From the NCBI RefSeq assembly GCF_006345805.1, contig NC_043003.1, positions 85,870,001 through 85,934,000 of the forward strand: a stretch of DNA of 64,000 nucleotides, read 5' to 3'. Positions 55,608 to 64,000 of this stretch are shown here, in pieces. The notes beneath the pieces are model-generated. The model was not told where the DNA came from, made no database searches, and worked only from the letters and a program-made list of their open reading frames with translations. Origin of the DNA: Octopus sinensis. Lineage: Eukaryota. Numbering within the stretch: the first letter of the stretch is position 1; every line of letters begins with the position of its first letter. Both the position numbers and the translations under genes were made by a program.

Positions 55608-56970
55608 ATTTGTGGGCTGTTCATAATAGGGTAAGTGTAGTGTTAGACTCTTTTCATCCCTCTAGCAATTCATACAAGCACATACATACACACGCATGTA
55701 CACGCACACAGACGCACGCACAAGCATACATGCATGCATACATACATACATACATACATACATACACGGACAGACTGACATACATATATACATACATACA
55801 GACAGACAGACAAACATATAAACACAGATAGACACACATTAGAGTGTCGCATACATTTATATAGAATCGATTTTGCTGTAGCAGCGATAATAAAACTATT
55901 TGAAAAGAGACTAAAATACGAATACTTCTGTCACCTATGGTATAACTTGAATCCACCGCTCCAACGGTACGAAAAAACATACGACATTTATGCAGTGGAT
56001 CAATTGGTAACAGTGGCTGAACTATACTTTCGCAAAGCACTGTTAAGCGATGTAACTGATTAGAGAGAGCCTCTACGTGATCGATGAAATTGGCAAAAGA
56101 GCAGTGATATATTCTTCAAATTAAACACTATCGCTTTTGGAAAAAGAAAAATACAACGGATAATGTAGTCTTAGACCCAGACATAATATCTGTTGATTAT
56201 AGCCTGACTGTTTTTGACCCGTGGGTCAGCTCAACGTTAAATAAATTAATGTTTCTCCACATCGCCGATGATATCCAAAAGAAAAGCATGGCCGATAAAA
56301 CATAGCATAGAGTCATCGCAGAATAACTCAGAAAGTAAAGAACCAGAAGAAATACTCTCTTTACTCTTTTACTCTTTTACTTGTTTCAGTCATTTGACTG
56401 CGGCCATGCTGGAGTACCGCCTTTAGTCGAGCAAATCGACCCCGGGACTTATTCTTTGTAAGCCCAGTACTTATTCTATCGTTCTCTTTTGCCGAACCGC
56501 TAAGTGACGGGGACGTAAACACACCAGCATCGGTTGTCAAGCAATGCTAGGGGGACAAACACAGACACACATACATATATATATATATATACATATATAC
56601 GACAGGCTTCTTTCAGTTTCCGTCTACCAAATCCACTCACAAGGCATTGGTCGGCCCGGGGCTATAGCAGAAGAACCCGGAACCATGTGGTTGGTTAACA
56701 AGCTACTTACCACCAAGCCACTCCTGCGCCTGTTTGGTATTTTTTTAAATTCAACTCTCTGACACTTCCATCAATCCACCATCTGGATGGTGAACTGATA
56801 GTTTATATTGTTTATATTATCGATTCTATAAAAATAATCTTCCAAGTTGATCTGTGGCGAGATTCGAATTCGGAACATAAAGAATCGAATCAAATACTGC
56901 AAGGCATTGTGTCTGATTCCCTAACTATTTCGCTAACCCATTTCTAATCTATTGTTACTTTAAGAACATA

Positions 56971-58354
56971 CTAGCAGTATCGCCCGGCGTTGCTCGGGTT
57001 TGTAAGGGAAATAACTATATAAGCATTTTTAGAGAGTTATAGCCAAAAAATAGCAAAAAATGCATTAAAAATGGAAAAAAAATGATGGTAATTTTTTAAA
57101 AAATCGTTGACTCATCGTAGACATTTTTAGAAAATTAGTTCCCTTATATAATAGTGAAAAAATGCATTAAAATTGAAAAAAAATGATGGTAGATTTTTTT
57201 TTAAATCGTAGACTCATCGTATTGTATTGGCATCCTTTCTGTCTCGGGAGACAATGGAGTTGCGCATGAAGTAGTTTAGTCCGGCTTTTATATTTCATGT
57301 CCTGATATATTTCCTGCTGTGGCTGTGTAGTCCTATCCTGGACAAACACTCCCTCTGGCAGGTACCACAAATATAGCGAAGACTGTTCCTGGCTGGTTGT
57401 AGTGCCATAGTCTCTTGTTTACGTCTCTTCCTTTCTTTCCATTTCTCCCCTCTCTCTCTGTCACTCTTTTACTGTACGTCGCCATTCTCCACGGTTGCCG
57501 GCAAACATCCTTGTAACGTAAGATCGGTCTACCCACAGACCTAGTACACCTAGCAAGCTCTCCGTAGAGTATGTCCTTGGGGATTCTGCCATCTTTCATA
57601 CGGCTAACACGCCCAAGCCATCTCGTACGTCTTTGTGTGAGGAGTGCAAACATGCTTGGTATTTCTGCTTGCCTGAGACATCTTTGTTGGGGATATGATT
57701 CTGCCATTTGATGCGGAGGATTTTTCGGAGGCAGCGCAGGTGAAAGATGTTTAGGCGACGCTATTGGCGTGTGTATAGCGTCCAGGTCTCGCTTCCATAC
57801 AGTAGAGTCCTGAGTACACATGCCTGGTAGATCTTCATTTTCGTGATCTTGGTCAGCTTATTGTTGTCCCAAGCCCGTTTGGAGAGTTGGGCCATCGCAG
57901 CAGCTGCCTTGTCAATGCGTATATTGAGCTCAGCGTCAAGGGATAGGTTGTAGGTGACGGTAGAGCCCAGATAGGTAAACTTCTCCACCTCTTGTAATCT
58001 GTGGTTTCCAATATGTATGTTTGGGATGTCCGATGTTGCCTGGCCCATGATGTTGGTCTTCTTAAGGCTGATAGCTAAGCCAAAGTCGTTACATGCTTGC
58101 TCAAAACAGTTAATGAGCCTTTGGAGGGCTTCTTCTGTGTGTGTTACCAGAGCGGCATCACAGAAGAAGCCCTCCAAAGGCTCATTAACTGTTTTGAGAC
58201 TCATCGTAGACGCGCGCTAATACCCAGAAGGGCTCGATATGAATCACGACTATAAGATACCCGGTTTTGGTTAAACTGCACCGCAAAATGTGGGAGTAGT
58301 TAGGAATCTAAATCGTAGGAGACAGACACACAACCTCTCTTTTATATATAAAGA
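56971..58354 (-). mobile_element. Non-autonomous Helitron with nested RTE
   Basis: Minus strand A|TCTTTATATATAAAAG ... cccgagcaacgccggg hairpin ... CTAG|T; internal ~100-bp direct repeat. Confidence 0.88.
57222..58196 (-). mobile_element. 5'-truncated RTE/Bov-B-like LINE
   Basis: DAALVTHTEEALQRL..FGLAISLKKT..FTYLGS..LLYGSETWT; RWLGRVSRMKDGRIPKDILYGEL; TSD agactcatcgta 57210-57221 / 58197-58208. Confidence 0.93.
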
Positions 58355-58949
58355 TATAGCTAACTCAGCTTTATAGAGGTCTGGTACGTTACTATAAGTC
58401 AGTATCTAAAGGTATATCTTGATGAAGAAATAATGAATTGTTTGAATTATTCAAAAGTTTTTAGCTCCTTTGAATAATACATTTTGTTCATACTTAATCT
58501 ATAAGCATACACATGCATATACATACGTACGTACATAATACATATATGCATGCGTGCATACATACAAACATGCATACATACATATATTCTGTTCAGTTTG
58601 GCATTAAATCCATTATGATTTCTGCTGCAAAAATCAAATGGTTACATGCTAATGTCTGTAACTGCTTGAGATATTAATGTAACCCATTATTTCTTCGTGT
58701 ATGAATTCGTGATTTATGCTAAAAATATTAATAATGTCAAAAAAAACAGCTGGAACTAATAACATTTTCAGCTGACATAGAAATGGAATTTGGCTAAAGA
58801 AATATTCATATTTGATTGTTGAACGGAGAAAGAAGTCCCCCAGACACAAAATCTGTGCATCAATAGTCTCACTATCTCTCCTCTTTCACACAAAAAATGC
58901 TACAAATACCTATGCATTGATGAAAACATCTCATACGAATGTAATGTAA

Positions 58950-59604
58950 ATAAAAATAGAGTACCTGAGAATATTATGCCAGACTTAGAAAAATATGGTA
59001 GTCGTCGCTCCCTTCTTACACCAAAACAATATCCCACAATGCATTTGCAGTACCAATGCTGATTCCAGCATTTGGGTTTCTTGGTTTGTCTGTCGAGGAA
59101 ATCTACTCCATAGATGTTAAAACCTGTATGATACTGACATCAACTGGAAACCTTCACAGAAGTAGTGATATCGACAGGCTCTCCCGAAGAAGAGAAAAAA
59201 GAAGGTAGAGGCTTGAAATCATTGCAGACAACCTTCGAATGCCGTGTAGTCTCTCTCAGACAGTATTTGCTGAACAGCACCAAAAGTAAATACATTAACT
59301 TCGTGATGATAAGTGAAGAGAACAATATCATACGTGTCGGCAGCGAAGCACTCTCTTCCCGAGATGACCTCTTAGTCTAACATACCTCAAGAAAGACCTG
59401 GGTGTGAAACGCTCAGCATACCGAAAAAGACCATGCATGGATATATTTCCCGAAGACTTGAAGAAAGACAGTAATATTGACAAGAAGCGAAGCCTTTCTT
59501 GGACTTGTGACAACTACATCATATCACACTTCAAAGGCTATACATTAGCAATCCGAAAACAGGAGATTGCTATGAAATACCTAATAAGAAAAAAAAGACA
59601 GTGA
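58950..59604 (+). pseudogene. R4/Dong-like LINE fragment
   Basis: NAFAVPMLIPAFG..IDVKT..TGNLHRSSDIDRL..KEGRGLKS. Confidence 0.75.
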
Positions 59605-59846
59605 AGTCTTTGAAGACTCAAGATAATCTGGATAAGCTAGGATATTCAGAAAAAAGAATCAACCAAGTTGTACATTATAATACAATCCGTAGTAGAACAA
59701 TAAAAACATGCAGGAATTTTTCTGAAGTTTAAAATATTACATTTTTTTAAAAATCTACATTCCAACGTTGGAGATCTGTATGTTTGTTAGAAGCCATCTC
59801 CTTTCTCAGAGGAAGAATTTAATTAATTAAGAACAGAAGAGAACTC

Positions 59847-60076
59847 CATCCATCCAACCGTCCGTCCGTCCGTCCATCCGTCCGTCTGTCCGTCCGTCCG
59901 TCTGTCCGTCCGTCCGTCTGTCCGTCCGTCCGTCTGTCCGTCCGTCCGTCTGTCCGTCCGTCCGTCTGTCCGTCCGTCCGTCTGTCCGTCCGTCCGTCCG
60001 TCCGTCCATCCATCCATCTATCCATTCGTACATACATACATACATACATACATACATACATACATGCATACATACA
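59847..60076. repeat. (CCGT/CTGT)n with 16-bp higher-order periodicity, then (TACA)n
   Basis: ctgtccgtccgtccgt repeated. Confidence 0.9.
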
Positions 60077-60077
60077 T

Positions 60078-60402
60078 TGGAGCACTCCGTCGGTTACGAC
60101 GACGAGGGTCCCAGCTGATACGATCAACGGAATAGCCTGCTCGTGAAATTAACGTGCAAGTGACTGAGCAATCCACAGAGACGCCTACCCCAAACGTAGT
60201 TCCCAGGGAGATTCAGCGTGACACAGAATGTGACAAGGCTGGCCCCTTGAAATACAGGTACAACTCATTTTTGCCAGCTGAGTGGACTGGAACAACGTGA
60301 AATAAAGTGTCTGGCTCAAGGACACAACGCGTCGCCGGGAATCGAACTCACGACCTTACAATTGTGAGCCGAATGCCCCAAGCACTAAGCCACGCGCCTT
60401 CA
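60078..60402 (-). mobile_element. Full-length SINE D + T1 inserted in (TACA)n
   Basis: tRNA-like head at the right end, T1 tail at the left; catacata on both flanks. Confidence 0.9.
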
Positions 60403-60790
60403 CATACATACATACATACATACATACATACTTGTACATGTAGGAACTTTAATATAAACTTGTATTTATCCTTAGAATGAACGCGTATAAACGAAGGGTT
60501 TATAGATACGAGGCTAACACATATGCGTGGAAGTATGTATGTATTTTTGTATATATGATATGCATACATACGAACATACATAAAAAAAACAAATGTTTGT
60601 GTGTGCGTGTCCACGCGCGTGCGTGTGTGTACGTTATTGATTTGTTTAGTTTCGCCTTTAACTGATTATTCAAGACGACTGTTGGGTCCTTGTCAGATCA
60701 ATTTTACTAATAAATTTTACTCTGCTAAACGTATACAACCCTAGCAAATGACTTATTCTCTATAAGCTGTTCAACAATACCAAATATGTA

Positions 60791-60830
<40 letters not shown>

Positions 60831-61719
60831 CATTACATCTCCATCTATGTGCAGGTGTATGTGTGTATATGCGTGTATATGTTAATATGAGTGTATGCGT
60901 GTGTATAAGGTGCATATGAGTACGTATCATGTACCTTTGCAACGTATGGGTTACGAGATTAACTGAATTTATTGATAATACATACGACTGTTGTAAACAA
61001 GCAAAATTATTGATGTTATCATGCTGAAGAGAGTAATACTACTTCGTAAATCAGAAATAGCTGAAAGCACTCTGCTGACTTCAGTGGTTTATGGTATATG
61101 AAAAAGAAACAAAGAAGTGTCTACAACGACAACAGCAATAACAACAACACCATTAAGAGGCAACAGCAGGGGGTACAATAATACGAACACAAATCAAATT
61201 GCAATAACAAATGAAAATAATAACAATAATATCAATATTAATCAATAAGCTAACACTAGTGAAAAACGTGAACAAGAATATAACGATTTCCATACAGGAA
61301 ACTTTCAGTAAGGAAATCGTTATATGGTGGCTATAGGCGGTAAGGTTAGAGCGTCCAAAACTGCTTTGTGGTATCTGTTTTGGCTGTGTACATTCTGAGC
61401 TTAAATCCCACCTGGGTCACCTTTGATTTTCATCTTTTTGAGGTTCAAATCCCACCCCCCGTTTAACTTTATTTTTTTATCCTTACAAAGACGATAAAAT
61501 AAATTACCATTAACATAGTGGAAACGATTTTAATCATAATTTCTCTAACCCAAAATATGCGACCGTTGTTTCAACATTTTCAACTTAATTACTAAAACCA
61601 CCATCAAAACCTCCCCTCCCCTCCCACCTGTTCTATCATTATCATAATTCCCATCACCATTGCTAACATCATCATCACCAACGACAACAGTAACAGTAAC
61701 TAGTTCGGCATAGGATAGT

Positions 61720-62095
61720 ATTTCTAGATACTAAAAGATCGCACATTTTGGGTGAGGAAGCGATCGATTTAAAAGCGATCCTTTTCATAAATGGTATTTT
61801 ATTTCATCGAACTTAAAAAGATGAAGAGTAAAGCTGACCGGAGCAAGATTTGAATTCAGAACGTAGGCAGTCATAACTAAATATCGATTTCAAATGTTGG
61901 CACAAGGCCGGCAATTTCGAGTGGAGTGGTTAGGTCGATTGCATCGACCCCAGTACTCAACTGATACTTATTTTCATCGACCCCCTAGAGGGTGAAAGGC
62001 AGTCAACTTCGGTGGAATTTGAAGTCAGAACGTGAAGACGACGAAATGCCGCTAAGCACTCCGCATTCCGCCCAGTATTCCCATAGCTCACTGTC
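61720..62095 (-). mobile_element. Two tandem degenerate family A SINEs
   Basis: gaatttgaa..cagaacg occurs twice. Confidence 0.7.
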
Positions 62096-62472
62096 TTAGT
62101 CGTAGCTAAATATTGCAAGGTATTTTAACTACTGCCTTATCATTTCTGCTCCAAAACAACAGTTAAAGACATTTACAACAATGACCTTAGATCTGGAACG
62201 TTCAATAAGAATTTTCAAGGCGATAATTCTTCAGATCTTAAAGTATTTTCAAATGCTGTTGTGGTGGTTATTAAAGACTATGTCATCAATTGCTCGAATA
62301 CGATATATGATGAAAGATACTTCAAGCTGACCATCTCCGTAATATAATCCTTTTCCTCTTCTAAAACATCAGGGTGTGAGTTGAGGAAGAAGTAGTTACT
62401 ATTTCTTGCATGTCGACATCTCCGTCATCGAACAACGACTAACAACGACACTTTCTATTGTAGTTGCGATGA

Positions 62473-62665
62473 CATCATCATAATCATCATCATCATCATC
62501 ATCATCATCACCACAATCACAATCATGATCATCATCACCACTATCATGATTATCATCATCGTCGTCGTCGTCATCAACATCATCATCGTCGTCGTCGTCG
62601 ACATCAACATCACCGTCATCATCGTCGTCGTCGTCGTCATCATCATCATCATCATCACTATCATT
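62473..62665. repeat. (CAT)n/(CGT)n trinucleotide repeat
   Basis: Directly visible. Confidence 0.95.
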
Positions 62666-64000
62666 CTCTTCTCCTTCCTCTTCTAATGATTACACTGTAA
62701 CACGATTTTTGTCCTTGGATAGCAACTCTTCCTATTTGCTTACACTCAGAAAGGATGAAAAATGGTTAATATTTCCTTGAAACTTTGATTTTGTTACATA
62801 TGTTCAAATCCCATAGAATCCTTCTCAAATCATGGCTATAAAGCTCCCCCAGAGATGCATATGTATGCTGAGATGCCTATATATGCTCAGAGATGCCTAT
62901 AGTGTCAGCTATTTAGGGGCATGCTCAAGTGATTAAGGGCAGGCAACTGATAAACGAATCTGTTGTATTGAGCAGAATATTTGCTTTAATGATATTTCTG
63001 TTTCAGCTGATCAGCGCTGATTCTGAAATATAACAGAAAATAGGTCAGTTTCAAAACATTGATGTACTGATTACAAAAGCGATTTGAAGGGAGCAGTAGT
63101 CATTTCCTTTGATTTCTAGGTAAAAGAAAATACGAAATAACATTTACTGACAAAAGACAAAAAAAAAAGCAATAAAAATTTTGTTACGCAGTTATCACTA
63201 GTGTTATCACTAGTGTCTCAGTCGTCCTCGTTGTCGGCGTTATTATCAACATCACCGTTGTCATCGTCACCAGCAGCAGCAGCCGTTCAAGTATTTAGAC
63301 CTGGAGATCTCCCTTTCCAGCGACTTCGAGGGCCACCACCCAGTGGTGTCGAGCGTCAACAAAGAACCCTCGACTATAACAAGACGACCAAAGATTTTTT
63401 TTCCAGGGTCTGGGGTCTCCTGCCCCTAAGCCCTAGACCATCACCTAATCACCCTTACCCGTCTTGTTGCTTAACAACAACAACACCACTACCGCCGCCA
63501 CCACCGCCATCGTCTTCTGGTTCACCATAGTTTAGTAGATTTAGTACTGAAGAAAGGTTACACAATTTGGGAGAAGAAACAAACGATTAGAATTGATGCC
63601 ATCTAATAAATGATTCATTATTTCTTCGAGTGACGGAAAGTAACCTTAACTTGAGCTTGATTTGAATTCAGAACATAACCTAAATATTGTGAAGTACTTT
63701 AAACCACGAATATACTAAGGCCAACTTCAGAAAGAATTTCGAAAGCGATATCTCATCAGATCTATGAGTTCTTTAGATTTTGAGAGTGCTAAAGAGTTTT
63801 TTGCTACCATTATCATCGTCATCGTCTCCGTTTTGGTCGTCGCCTCCACATCACCGTTATCAATACCATTTCAAAAACACCACCGACACCACTACCAACA
63901 ACAAAAACAACTACAACAACACCAACAACAACATTCTCTGATTCAGCATGGTTTAGCAATCCTAATTAAAAATTCCTTCAGAAAATGCAGCAACCAGTTT

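Noticed and set aside
63284-63470. PFKYLD.. possible R2-like RT relic or GC-rich exon
   Set aside because: Requires several frameshifts, and there are no convincing splice signals.

Overview
AT-rich eukaryotic non-coding DNA, saturated with microsatellites and transposon relics. I found no host protein-coding exon, rRNA, tRNA gene or CRISPR array. The SINE and microsatellite make-up suggests a cephalopod, probably Octopus (inference). Contents: four tRNA-headed SINE modules in more than 25 copies; LINE relics (RTE, CR1-like, R4/Dong RLE-type); Penelope-like elements (PLE, GIY-YIG); Tc1/mariner relics; a probable Chapaev3-like relic; and three non-autonomous Helitrons. The main hidden signal is about ten type-I hammerhead-ribozyme (HHR)-like motifs from several unrelated families, three of them inside fold-back palindromes. 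One has a swapped G3-C8 core pair in a ~275-bp hairpin with a 12-bp target-site duplication (TSD), and one is nearly intact. A 361-bp highly structured tandem/inverted repeat with an HHR-like junction is a candidate retrozyme. Coordinates were read by eye and element ends are approximate. Family names come from recalled motifs, not database searches.
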